DNA of 43,105 bases from an uncultured Myxococcales bacterium (GTDB lineage Bacteria > Myxococcota > UBA4151), in contig CAXGWI010000015.1 in NCBI GenBank assembly GCA_964013405.1, positions 1-43,105 on the forward strand, written 5' to 3'. Both the position numbers and the translations under genes were made by a program. Below the pieces are notes generated by a model, which was not told the DNA's origin, did no database searches, and was given only the letters and a program-made list of their open reading frames with translations. Shown here piece after piece: positions 15,216-25,379 of this stretch. Every line of letters starts with the position of its first letter. Position 1 is the first letter of the stretch.

Positions 15216-18200
15216 TTAGCGTCGCTCCACGGTGACGCCAGCTGATTCAAGGTCCTGTCGGCAGCGGTCCCGGTGCTCCGTCAGGCCCAGGCGATCCCAT
15301 TGCTGCAGGGCAGCGGTAAGAACGATAACGGCACCGTCGTAAATCTCGCGGCGTGCCATCAGACGGCCCGTGAGCTGTAGGCACATGGCTAAGTCCATTT
15401 CGACGACCCCGGTGCGTCGGATGGTCGCCTGGATTTCTTCAAAGGCGGTGAGGACGGTGTCGCTGTCCTCCTCAAGGGCCGAGCAAGCGAGCAATCCGGT
15501 TTGACTCACCAAGGCAAAGTAGAGTTTGCCGCCCCGGCGGAACAATCGATCCGCCTCTTCAAGATAGGGTGTCGCTTCCTCAATTCGCTCCATGGCAAGT
15601 AGGACGAGTCCCACGTTGCAGGAGGTCATGGCCACCGTGAAGGTGTTCTCGAGTTGGAGGCCCAGATCCCGGGCTTCCTCATAGGCCTTCAGGGCCTCGT
15701 CTAGGCGTCCGTCAGCCCGAAACACTTCGCCTTGGGAGTTCACCATCATCGCCTTGGAACTCACCTCACCCTGTTTGTCGGCAATCGAGATGGCATGATC
15801 GAGGAGATTTAAGGCCTCTTGGATCCGCCCTTGGGCAAGTCGGACATCGGCCAGGGTTTGTTGGTTTGAGGCCACCCTGACCGGGTTGTCTTGTTGGGTC
15901 TCGATCTCGATCGCCTCTGCGGCTGCTCGTTCTGCCCGATCCAAGTCCCCTCGGTTCTTGTGCAAGCGAGCCTCGATGGCGAGGGCCCGGGCAAGAACGC
16001 TGGGGCGATGTTGTGATCGCTGACGGGCCTGGGCGAGGAGCCGGTGGGAGGCATCGAGGTCGCCCGAGTCGCCAACGATTTTTGCCGCCATCACCGCGAC
16101 TTCAGCAATTCGGTCGTCGTCGCCAAGGCGCGTGGCCCAGGCGATAAGCCGGTCAACCTCGGCCATGACATCCTCAATTTGAAAGCGCTTTTCGGCCAGT
16201 TGAAAGCGGTACTTAGACTGATCCCAACGCCAGGCATGATCCGCTGGTAAGCGGAGGGCATCGAGGGCTGGATCAACAAGATCGAGGATCTCTTCGAAGA
16301 CCACCAGTTCGGAGGCCTTGAGGTGGAGCTTGGCCGCCTGCCATAAATAGCCGATAGCCCCAGAGTAAGCCTGAGCTTCGAGGAGGTGTGTACCGAGTCG
16401 CCGGGCCCGATTCGGTGCCGTCGGTAGGAGCATGTCCTCAAGTACCTGAGCTGCGGCCCCGTGATGTTGGTCCCATCGGCCCGCTTCTTTCGCCTGGCGC
16501 TCTAGGCTTTCCTGAAACAGGGCATGGCAGAAGGACCAGCCGGACTCGGTAGGCAGGGCTAAGCCGGCCTTAAAGAGCCGGTCGGTTAGGGTCTCGGGAA
16601 TCGGTATCTTCGAGGCAGCGCACAACTGGGCCCATTCATGCTCGTCAACATCCCGGCCGAGGACCGCGGCCAACTCCATGGCCGAACCCGATCCAGCCCC
16701 ACGCTCCGTCTCCAACTCGCTCAGTCGTCTTAGCCAGAGTTCATGGACATCATCTGGCACGCTGCCCAACTCGCCATCGGCCAGTCGGAACCCGCCGGCA
16801 CTGGGTTCGAGAACGCCCCGGGCCACCCAATCGCCGACCAACTGGACTGCAAAAAGCGGATTGCCCTCACTTCGTTTGGCCACTTGACCGACCAGTCGGT
16901 GGTCCAGACCAACCAACTCGGTGATGAGTTGCTTCGTATCGGTTTGTGTTAGTGGGCTCAGTTGCATCCGCTCAAGTTGCTCTCGGTCGATCATGCGCTG
17001 GAGGCGACCTTGAACGAAGGGGCGCTCTTTTAGGGCTTCGCTGCGGGCGGTCATGACCACGAGAATCGGTAGCACCCCAGCCAATTCCACGAGATCCTCA
17101 ATGAAGAAGAGGGCGTCACTTCCCCACTGGATATCGTCGATGACCAGAATAAGCGGACGCTCCGAAGTGATCCGTCGCAGCAGGCGACGAATGACCGCGT
17201 AGCGTTCTTGGGGATTGTTGAAGCGCAGCGCTGTTTCCGCCTGGTTGGACCGAACGATTTGCGCCAGCGCTCGATGTTCGAAATCCCCTTCGACCTTCCA
17301 TCGCTCACACAGGGTGCGGAGGCGTTTCGTGAGCGCCTCGGATTCCAGCCCGTGACAGCGCAGGTGGATATCGACCATGCCGCTGAGTCCCTGCCCGGGG
17401 GCCTGGCCGTCGCTATGGGTGGCGATTAGCGTTCGGGCCGCACCGGCCCAGCCTGCTTGGCGACAGAGCCAGTGACTCAGGCGGCTCTTGCCGCAGCCTG
17501 CCTCCCCTTCGAGGAGGATGGCCTTCATGCTTTGCTCTTCGCGGACGGAGGCAAGAGCCTGCCAGAGGCGCTCCTGTTGGGGCTGCCTGCCCACCAGCGG
17601 TGTGGGGCGCAGACCGAAGAGGGCAAGGCCTGCGCCCAGGAGCCGGTCCTCTGGTGTCATCACCCCCGTGCGGCGCCAAGACGACGGCATGGGCGCCGGC
17701 AGAGCCGGGGCTAAGTTGGTGGACAGTTCCGCCGTGGGCTCGTCGGTGGGTTGGCTCGTCGGCGGTGCTGGCTGGGCCCCAGCGAGGGCCTGTTCGTCCC
17801 AGGTGAGAAGGCCCGGTTCAGCGAAGGTTTGCTCGAGGGCGATCGTGGGGTCGTCGGGGCCCTCACAAGAGGGGTCTAGGACTGTGATTTGGATGTCATC
17901 ATCGCCATCAAAGGCGCAGAGTGCGGCCTCCTCATCGGGCAAAGCTGCCAGCGCATCGGCCCCGGCTCGAAAACGTTTGTCCGGAGATTTTTGCAGCAGG
18001 CGACGTAGCCAGCCTTCAAGGCCCTCAGGAACTGGGAAGAGGGGAAAGAAGCGGGGCGGCGGATCCCGCAGTTGACTGGCAAGAATTTGCGTCAGCGCCG
18101 CATCACCGTGCGCGAAGGGGGGGCGACCGGTCACCAATCGCCAGACAAGGCAGCCAAAGGCATAGAGATCGGTTGAAGCTTCGAAGTCACGCCAGTGTCC

Positions 18201-18776
18201 TAGGACCTGTTCCGGTGCCATGTAGTGGGGCGTGCCCACGCTACTGTGTACGGAGGTGACCTCATCGTCTTCGCCCAAAGCGAGACCAAAGTCGGCGAGC
18301 TTGATCCCTTGGCCCAGATCGTTGGCGTCTGAGACCAGCACATTGGCCGGCTTGAGGTCCCGGTGCAGCACGCCACAGGCGTGGGTATAGGCCAAGGCGT
18401 CAAGGGTGGCCACGATGGCAGCTCGCAGCTCCGTCCAGGATTCGAACTGATGTACTGCAAGGCTCCCGCCGCCACAGTGTTCCATGGCGAACCAGGGGAG
18501 GCCCACCTGAAGCCCAGGGTGCTGGCCCGCGGTGGTTTCATCGATGACACCGTGATCAAAGATCATGACCACACTGGGATGTTGAAGGCGGGCAACGGCT
18601 TCGATCTCTTTGGCGAATCGACGGCTCCGGGCTTCGTTGGTCTCAAGGGCCAGTCCGGCCATCACTTTGATGGCAACGTCGGTTCCCAGGCTTTCGTGGT
18701 AGCCAGCATAGACCCGGGCCATGCCGCCCCGGCCGATCTCCTCACCCATTCGAAATGCACCGAGACGCAGACTCAT
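15216..18776 (-). CDS. Ser/Thr protein kinase fused to P-loop (AAA/STAND-like) NTPase and TPR repeats
   Basis: GRGGMA, VAIK, HRDLKPAN, DFG, APE. Walker A GEAGCGKS, Walker B ILVIDD, SEGNPLF. C-terminal TPRs. Alternative TTG start at 18812. Confidence 0.92.
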   Translation of the reverse strand: MSLRLGAFRMGEEIGRGGMARVYAGYHESLGTDVAIKVMAGLALETNEARSRRFAKEIEAVARLQHPSVVMIFDHGVIDETTAGQHPGLQVGLPWFAMEHCGGGSLAVHQFESWTELRAAIVATLDALAYTHACGVLHRDLKPANVLVSDANDLGQGIKLADFGLALGEDDEVTSVHSSVGTPHYMAPEQVLGHWRDFEASTDLYAFGCLVWRLVTGRPPFAHGDAALTQILASQLRDPPPRFFPLFPVPEGLEGWLRRLLQKSPDKRFRAGADALAALPDEEAALCAFDGDDDIQITVLDPSCEGPDDPTIALEQTFAEPGLLTWDEQALAGAQPAPPTSQPTDEPTAELSTNLAPALPAPMPSSWRRTGVMTPEDRLLGAGLALFGLRPTPLVGRQPQQERLWQALASVREEQSMKAILLEGEAGCGKSRLSHWLCRQAGWAGAARTLIATHSDGQAPGQGLSGMVDIHLRCHGLESEALTKRLRTLCERWKVEGDFEHRALAQIVRSNQAETALRFNNPQERYAVIRRLLRRITSERPLILVIDDIQWGSDALFFIEDLVELAGVLPILVVMTARSEALKERPFVQGRLQRMIDREQLERMQLSPLTQTDTKQLITELVGLDHRLVGQVAKRSEGNPLFAVQLVGDWVARGVLEPSAGGFRLADGELGSVPDDVHELWLRRLSELETERGAGSGSAMELAAVLGRDVDEHEWAQLCAASKIPIPETLTDRLFKAGLALPTESGWSFCHALFQESLERQAKEAGRWDQHHGAAAQVLEDMLLPTAPNRARRLGTHLLEAQAYSGAIGYLWQAAKLHLKASELVVFEEILDLVDPALDALRLPADHAWRWDQSKYRFQLAEKRFQIEDVMAEVDRLIAWATRLGDDDRIAEVAVMAAKIVGDSGDLDASHRLLAQARQRSQHRPSVLARALAIEARLHKNRGDLDRAERAAAEAIEIETQQDNPVRVASNQQTLADVRLAQGRIQEALNLLDHAISIADKQGEVSSKAMMVNSQGEVFRADGRLDEALKAYEEARDLGLQLENTFTVAMTSCNVGLVLLAMERIEEATPYLEEADRLFRRGGKLYFALVSQTGLLACSALEEDSDTVLTAFEEIQATIRRTGVVEMDLAMCLQLTGRLMARREIYDGAVIVLTAALQQWDRLGLTEHRDRCRQDLESAGVTVERR

Positions 18777-18808
18777 GTCCCGAGTCTCTCGTCTGCGACC
18801 GAGACCTG

Positions 18809-19567
18809 TCAACGGGGGGTGGTCGTCGCCTCGATCACCCGGTTGACTTGGTCTGGTTTGAGAAGGCCGCGGGCCCCAAGGTACCGAGCGGCCTCGGCGT
18901 GTTCATCGAAAAGATAGATGCCCTCGGCAACGCCCACATGAGGCTTGATTCGATGGATTAATGCCGCCTCGATACGGTCGGGGAAACGGGTCATGATCTC
19001 CGCGAAGACTTCGTGGTCAACGTGGTTGTTGTCACCGATCAGAACGAAACGGGTGTTTGGCTGCTCCGCCAGGACTCGTTCGATGTCTCGTATCTTCTCC
19101 GGCTTAGCCAACCAGGGTTCACCACCCACACCACCCTCGATGGGCCCGGTCGGCATCTCGTGGCGTCGCATCCAAAGGTCCATGCCGCGGAGACGTTTTT
19201 CATCCCGGGCCGTGACGTAAAAGACGTCTCCTTTGGGGTCGCCTGACCGTTGGTCGAGGGCCTCGAGGAGTTCCCGAGCCCCCGGGTAGGGGGCCGGCTT
19301 GGGTTGATCGTTGCGGTGTTTGGGTAGGATGGTTTTGTCGATGTCCGAGATCACCCCTCGCCGGGGCTGCTCGCCACGGAGCCAGGCAAAAGCTTGCCGG
19401 AGATCATCTGGAAGGGCTTCCGCATCGCGTCGTGAAATCCGGCCATCGGGTCCGGCAGCATCCTGCGCAGCCGCCAATAAGGCCTCGCTGTTTCCCTCCC
19501 AGCCCCTGGCTTTGAGGGCCTCGAGTAGATTCGAGGGGGTTGGGCTTGGGGCTAATCGATTGACCAT
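18809..19567 (-). CDS. HAD-superfamily phosphatase, App1/DUF2183 (phosphatidate phosphatase-like)
   Basis: ISDIDKT (DxDxT), PYPG, VFYVTAR, K, FVLIGDN...DHE. Start at ATG 19567, with GGAG 11 nt upstream. Confidence 0.8.
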   Translation of the reverse strand: MVNRLAPSPTPSNLLEALKARGWEGNSEALLAAAQDAAGPDGRISRRDAEALPDDLRQAFAWLRGEQPRRGVISDIDKTILPKHRNDQPKPAPYPGARELLEALDQRSGDPKGDVFYVTARDEKRLRGMDLWMRRHEMPTGPIEGGVGGEPWLAKPEKIRDIERVLAEQPNTRFVLIGDNNHVDHEVFAEIMTRFPDRIEAALIHRIKPHVGVAEGIYLFDEHAEAARYLGARGLLKPDQVNRVIEATTTPR

Positions 19568-19598
19568 AACGGCTGGGGCTCCGGGGCGATCTTGGGGG

Positions 19599-19625
19599 GT
19601 ATCGGCGGCGACGTCCAGCGGTTGT
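19599..19625 (-). promoter_or_regulatory. Possible sigma28 promoter upstream of the App1-like phosphatase
   Basis: Minus strand ACAA-N15-GCCGATAC: -10 matches GCCGATAA 7/8, -35 is weak (2/4). Lies 31 nt from the start codon. Confidence 0.4.
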
Positions 19626-19733
19626 GTTGTCTTTTTCCTTGCCGGCCGCGCTGCTTTGCTGCAAACGGCGCCACCAACCAGCGACGTGTCCGGGGCAGTC
19701 CGGGCACTTAAAAGAGCCAGAAAGGGCATCGCA

Positions 19734-20354
19734 ATGAGTCGTTATACCGGACCCCGTCTTCGCATTATGCGCCGTCTCGGCGTCTCCCTCCCGGGCCTCG
19801 CCCAGAAGGAGCCAACCCGTCAGTATCCTCCCGGTCAGCATGGGCCTACCATGCGTCGAGGCAAGGTGTCTGACTATGGAATGCGCCTGAAAGAAACCCA
19901 GAAGGTTCGTTACCATTACGGACTGCGGGAGCGTCAACTCCGGCGCGTCATCAAGCAGGCCATCCGCTCCAAGCAGGCCAGTGACGAGAAGCTCCTCGAA
20001 CTGCTCGAGCGCCGCTTGGACAACCTCGTGTTTCGTTCCGGTTTGGCCCGTAGCAATCGGGCGGCTCGCCAGATGGTCAACCACAGCCACGTGCTGGTCA
20101 ACGGGAAGCGGGCCAACATTCCTTCGATGGTCTTGAATCCCGGTGATGTGATCACCATCAAAGAGAACAGCACTTGGAACAACAACCTCGACAAGGAAGG
20201 AGCCTACCCGGCTCACTCCATGCCGATTCCCGGCTTCCTTAACGTGGAAGAGGGGCCTGGCAAGATCGAGGTGACTCGCCTGCCCCAGGCCGATGAGGTT
20301 CCCCTCAGCGTCGATGCCATTCAGGTCATCGAGCGCTACAGCGGTCGAGTCTAA
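19734..20354 (+). CDS. rpsD: 30S ribosomal protein S4
   Basis: MSRYTGPRLRIMRRLG, PPGQHG, YGLRERQ, LERRLDNLVFR, ARQMVNHSHVLVNG. Confidence 0.96.
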   Translation: MSRYTGPRLRIMRRLGVSLPGLAQKEPTRQYPPGQHGPTMRRGKVSDYGMRLKETQKVRYHYGLRERQLRRVIKQAIRSKQASDEKLLELLERRLDNLVFRSGLARSNRAARQMVNHSHVLVNGKRANIPSMVLNPGDVITIKENSTWNNNLDKEGAYPAHSMPIPGFLNVEEGPGKIEVTRLPQADEVPLSVDAIQVIERYSGRV

Positions 20355-20381
20355 CGCAGCGCCCCCGGGCGAGGCCAGGAT

Positions 20382-20415
20382 GGGAGCCGGGATCACCCGG
20401 CTCTTTTCCTTTTTT
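20382..20415 (+). terminator. Rho-independent terminator after rpsD
   Basis: GAGCCGGG-atca-CCCGGCTC stem followed by a TTTTCCTTTTTT tract. Confidence 0.85.
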
Positions 20416-20538
20416 TACCCTCCTATGGAGCCGGGCAGTGTGTTTCGCATCCCGGCCTGAACGCTGCGCAAGGAACTGCCTATTGCCCCGACAAAAAAGC
20501 CCGGTTACGGCTGCCTCGCAAACAGGGGAGGACTGATC

Positions 20539-20769
20539 ATGTCCCTCGACGCCAAAGTGACTGAAATTATCGCCGAAAATCTAGGTGTTCCAGCGGAGTC
20601 CGTGACCCCGGATAAGAGCTTCGAAGAGCTGGGTGCTGACAGCCTAGCTGTTGTGGAACTCGTGATGGCTTTTGAAGACGAGTTTGATATCGAGCTCGAC
20701 GATGGCGATGCCGCCTCGTTGAAGACGGTGCAGCAAACCATCGACTTCGTGAAGAACATCACCGCCTGA
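20539..20769 (+). CDS. acpP: Acyl carrier protein
   Basis: LGADSL phosphopantetheine site, ELVMAFEDEFDIE, strong GGAGG RBS. Confidence 0.95.
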   Translation: MSLDAKVTEIIAENLGVPAESVTPDKSFEELGADSLAVVELVMAFEDEFDIELDDGDAASLKTVQQTIDFVKNITA

Positions 20770-20787
20770 TCATCGGGGTTTCCCGCC

Positions 20788-22026
<1,239 letters not shown>

Positions 22027-22027
22027 G

Positions 22028-22501
22028 ATGTCCTGGGGCCAGGGACGACGCCTGGTCCTGGCTTCGGACCATGCGGCAGTCGAGCTTCGACACATGCTCG
22101 CAGAAGCAGCTCGGACTTGGGGCTTTGAGGTCGAGGATCTCGGGCCCGACACATCAGACTCAATTGATTATCCGCTTCAGGCCCAGCGTTTGGCCAGTCG
22201 TCTCGCCGCTGGAGACGGAGTCATGGGGGTCCTCGTCTGTGGCACGGGGATTGGTATGAGTATGGTTGCCAACCGGTTCACCCATGTGCGTGCGGCGGCC
22301 GTCAGCGACGACTTCACCGCGCAAGCGACTCGGGCCCACAATAATGCGAATGTTATCTGCCTTGGTGCTCGCACCCTCGGTCCAGGGCTCGCAAAGCAAC
22401 TGCTAAAGACCTTCCTTTCGACTGAGTTCGAGGGCGGGCGGCATCAACGCCGTGTGGATCTCTTTCCTGCCGGCGCATCCGTAAAGGACTCTTCATCATG
22501 A
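22028..22501 (+). CDS. rpiB: Ribose-5-phosphate isomerase B
   Basis: [33 protein letters not shown]. Confidence 0.95.
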   Translation: MSWGQGRRLVLASDHAAVELRHMLAEAARTWGFEVEDLGPDTSDSIDYPLQAQRLASRLAAGDGVMGVLVCGTGIGMSMVANRFTHVRAAAVSDDFTAQATRAHNNANVICLGARTLGPGLAKQLLKTFLSTEFEGGRHQRRVDLFPAGASVKDSSS

Positions 22502-23766
22502 CATCTGGTTACGCGGTTTCCTCCCTTGGGTTGACTGACCAGGACCCCATCGTCGCGGCGGCTGTGCAAGCGGAAATCCGTCGGCAGCAAGAGGGCATCG
22601 AACTGATCGCGAGTGAGAACTACGTCAGCCCGGCCGTCCTCCAGGCCGCGGGCAGTGTGTTCACAAACAAATATGCTGAGGGTTACCCTGGGCGGCGCTA
22701 TTACGGTGGCTGTGTGCACGCTGACGAGGTGGAGCAACTCGCGATCGATCGGGCCAAGGAGCTCTTTGGCGCCGAAGCGGCCAATGTCCAGGCTCACAGT
22801 GGTTCTCAGGCCAATATGGCCGTCTACATGGCCTTGCTAAAACCCGGGGATACAGTCCTTGCGATGAGCCTGGACCATGGGGGTCACCTGACCCACGGTT
22901 CACCGGTGAACTTCTCTGGCCGGCTCTACAATATCGTTGCGTACGGCGTCGACCGGGAGACCGAGCGAATCGACTACGAAGAGGTCGAGCGCCTAGCCCA
23001 TGAGCACCAGCCCAAAATGATCATCGCTGGTGCATCAGCCTACCCAAGAGCTTTGGATTTCGCTCGTTTCCGCAGCATTGCCGATGGGGTGGGGGCCAAA
23101 TTGATGGTGGATATGGCCCATATTGCGGGGCTCGTTGCGGCAGGCGTGCATCAGAGCCCAGTGCCCTTTGCAGACTTCGTCACCACGACAACCCACAAGA
23201 CGCTCCGGGGCCCCCGAGGCGGCCTTATCCTGGGTCGAGCCGAGGAGTTCAAAAAGGTGAACTCTCGCATCTTTCCGGGGATCCAGGGCGGTCCCCTCGT
23301 CCATGTGATCGCCGCCAAAGCGGTTGCACTGAAAGAAGCAGCCGATGCCTCTTTTGTCGACTATGCGAAGGCTGTGGTCGCCAACGCTCAGGCTTTTGCG
23401 ACGAGCCTGAGCGATGGGGGCCTACGCCTGGTCAGTGGGGGGACGGATAACCACTTGGTATGCGTCGACGTCCGGCCCGCTGGTCTGACAGGCAAAGCGG
23501 CGGAAGCAATTCTGCAGGCCGCAGATATTACGACCAATAAGAATATGATCCCCTTTGACCCCGAGACGCCCTTCGTCACCTCTGGGCTGCGGCTAGGCAC
23601 CCCGGCGATGACAAGTCGCGGAATGGGAACGGCCGAATTTACCCAAATGGGTGTGTGGATTGCCGAGCTGCTCCGGGATCCGGACAATAGCGACCGTCAG
23701 CAGCAGGTCCGGGATGAAGTCCATCGTCTCTGCGCAGGTTTTCCGCTGCCTTACCCACTGGACTGA
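22498..23766 (+). CDS. glyA: Serine hydroxymethyltransferase
   Basis: [41 protein letters not shown]. Confidence 0.97.
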   Translation: MTSGYAVSSLGLTDQDPIVAAAVQAEIRRQQEGIELIASENYVSPAVLQAAGSVFTNKYAEGYPGRRYYGGCVHADEVEQLAIDRAKELFGAEAANVQAHSGSQANMAVYMALLKPGDTVLAMSLDHGGHLTHGSPVNFSGRLYNIVAYGVDRETERIDYEEVERLAHEHQPKMIIAGASAYPRALDFARFRSIADGVGAKLMVDMAHIAGLVAAGVHQSPVPFADFVTTTTHKTLRGPRGGLILGRAEEFKKVNSRIFPGIQGGPLVHVIAAKAVALKEAADASFVDYAKAVVANAQAFATSLSDGGLRLVSGGTDNHLVCVDVRPAGLTGKAAEAILQAADITTNKNMIPFDPETPFVTSGLRLGTPAMTSRGMGTAEFTQMGVWIAELLRDPDNSDRQQQVRDEVHRLCAGFPLPYPLD

Positions 23767-23841
23767 CGGGGTGATATCTCACGGCGCTGGTGCCATGTCA
23801 CCGGGGTCCTTTTAGGCTGGCTACCGGGGGGGCTGAGCGCT

Positions 23842-24234
23842 ATGGCTGGGCCGATGGAAAAGCCGACTCGACAGATTATGGTTGTGGATGACAACGCCGT
23901 TCTGCGGCGTTTGCTCACGACTGTGTTGAAGTTGCGTGGTTTTGAGGTCCTGACCGCCGAAAATGGTGAGGTGGCCCTGGATATGCTCGCCAACGGAGCA
24001 AATGGTGTCAGCATGATGATCGTCGATGTTCGGATGCCTCGATTAGATGGCATCGGCGTTTTGAAGGCTGTGAAGCGAGAGCACGCTGAGATTCCCGTGG
24101 TGATGTTGACGATCCCAGACGAAGCCGATCGGGCCGATGAAGCCCGTCAACTTGGGGCGGAAGACTTTCTCATCAAGCCCGTCGACCCAGGGTCGTTGAT
24201 GGCGGTGGTGGAGCGAGTCATCGGCAACGCGTGA
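23842..24234 (+). CDS. Single-domain response regulator (receiver)
   Basis: VVDD, phosphoacceptor IVDVRMP, MLT, FLIKP. Confidence 0.9.
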   Translation: MAGPMEKPTRQIMVVDDNAVLRRLLTTVLKLRGFEVLTAENGEVALDMLANGANGVSMMIVDVRMPRLDGIGVLKAVKREHAEIPVVMLTIPDEADRADEARQLGAEDFLIKPVDPGSLMAVVERVIGNA

Positions 24235-25379
24235 GCGCTGATTTGAACGAGGATGACCGCTTCATGGGCTTGGCCCTTGAAGCCGGCTTAACGGGACTTG
24301 GGCGCGCGGCGCCCAACCCTTGTGTGGGTGCACTTCTCGTTAAGGATGGTCGAGTGCTCGCCCGGGGTGGGCATCGTTTTGATGGTGGGCCGCACGCAGA
24401 ATCTGTGGTGCTGTCGCAAGCGGGGACCGATGCCCGAGGAGCGACGCTTTACGTGACGCTTGAGCCTTGCTGCCATGTAGGACGTCAGCCCCCCTGTACA
24501 GAGGCGATCCAGGCAGCCGGCATTCGGGAGGTTGTTGTCGGCATGGTCGATCCAGACCCACGCATGAGTGGGCGGGGTATCCAGCACTTGACCCAGCAGG
24601 GGATCCGCTTGCGCGTCGGTGTTCGCCAGGAGGATTGTGAAGCGCTCGATCCGGGCTACATCCACCGCCAAGAAGAGGGCCGTCCCAGGGTGGTGTTAAA
24701 GACCGCTGCGACCCTTGAGGGGAACGTGGCCACCCAGAGTGGTCATAGTCAGTGGATCACCGGGGCGACGGCCCGCGGCCTGGGCCATGAACTTCGAGCT
24801 CGGGTGGGGGCGGTCATGATTGGTCGGGGCACGCTTGAAGCCGACCAGCCTCGGCTGACAGCCCGGTTTGACGGACACACCCCTTGGTGGCGGCTCGACA
24901 ATGACTACCAGCCGAAACGCCTGGTGGTCGGCGGTGCTCGGTGTGATCACGAACTCCCCGCGGAAGGCGGTGCTCGGTGGTACTTAGGTCCGGGGCTTGG
25001 CTCGAGTTTTGAGCGCTACCTCGATCTGCCTCGCCTCAGTGGTGGGGAGGTGAACTGGCCCAGTGCCTTGAGGCGATTGGCCAAGGAAGGGGTCAACGCG
25101 GTTCTCGTGGAAGGGGGCCCCCAACTTGCTGGGTCCTTGATGCGCGCCGGCGTCGTCGATGAATGGCTCGCTTTTACTGCACCCGCGACCTTGGGAGGCC
25201 AGGGCCGAGCAGCGCTGGCTGGCGACGGCACCGATCACATGACCGGGGCGACCCGGGGCCAGGTCGAACTGGTGGAGCGTTTGGGCGATGATGTCTTGGT
25301 GTGGACGCGATTTAGGGAGGGGCCCTCGTTTGCAGCTCAAGAGAAGCTGCTAAGGTGCCTCCGAGGGGAGATGGAATGA
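24231..25379 (+). CDS. ribD: Riboflavin biosynthesis deaminase/reductase
   Basis: PNPCVG, HAE, TLEPCCH, SQWITG, VLVEGG. Confidence 0.95.
   Translation: MSADLNEDDRFMGLALEAGLTGLGRAAPNPCVGALLVKDGRVLARGGHRFDGGPHAESVVLSQAGTDARGATLYVTLEPCCHVGRQPPCTEAIQAAGIREVVVGMVDPDPRMSGRGIQHLTQQGIRLRVGVRQEDCEALDPGYIHRQEEGRPRVVLKTAATLEGNVATQSGHSQWITGATARGLGHELRARVGAVMIGRGTLEADQPRLTARFDGHTPWWRLDNDYQPKRLVVGGARCDHELPAEGGARWYLGPGLGSSFERYLDLPRLSGGEVNWPSALRRLAKEGVNAVLVEGGPQLAGSLMRAGVVDEWLAFTAPATLGGQGRAALAGDGTDHMTGATRGQVELVERLGDDVLVWTRFREGPSFAAQEKLLRCLRGEME

Noticed and set aside
19311..19733. 141-aa N-terminal extension of rpsD in the ORF track
   Set aside because: S4 begins at MSRYTGP (19734). The extension overlaps the opposite-strand phosphatase gene and the intergenic region.
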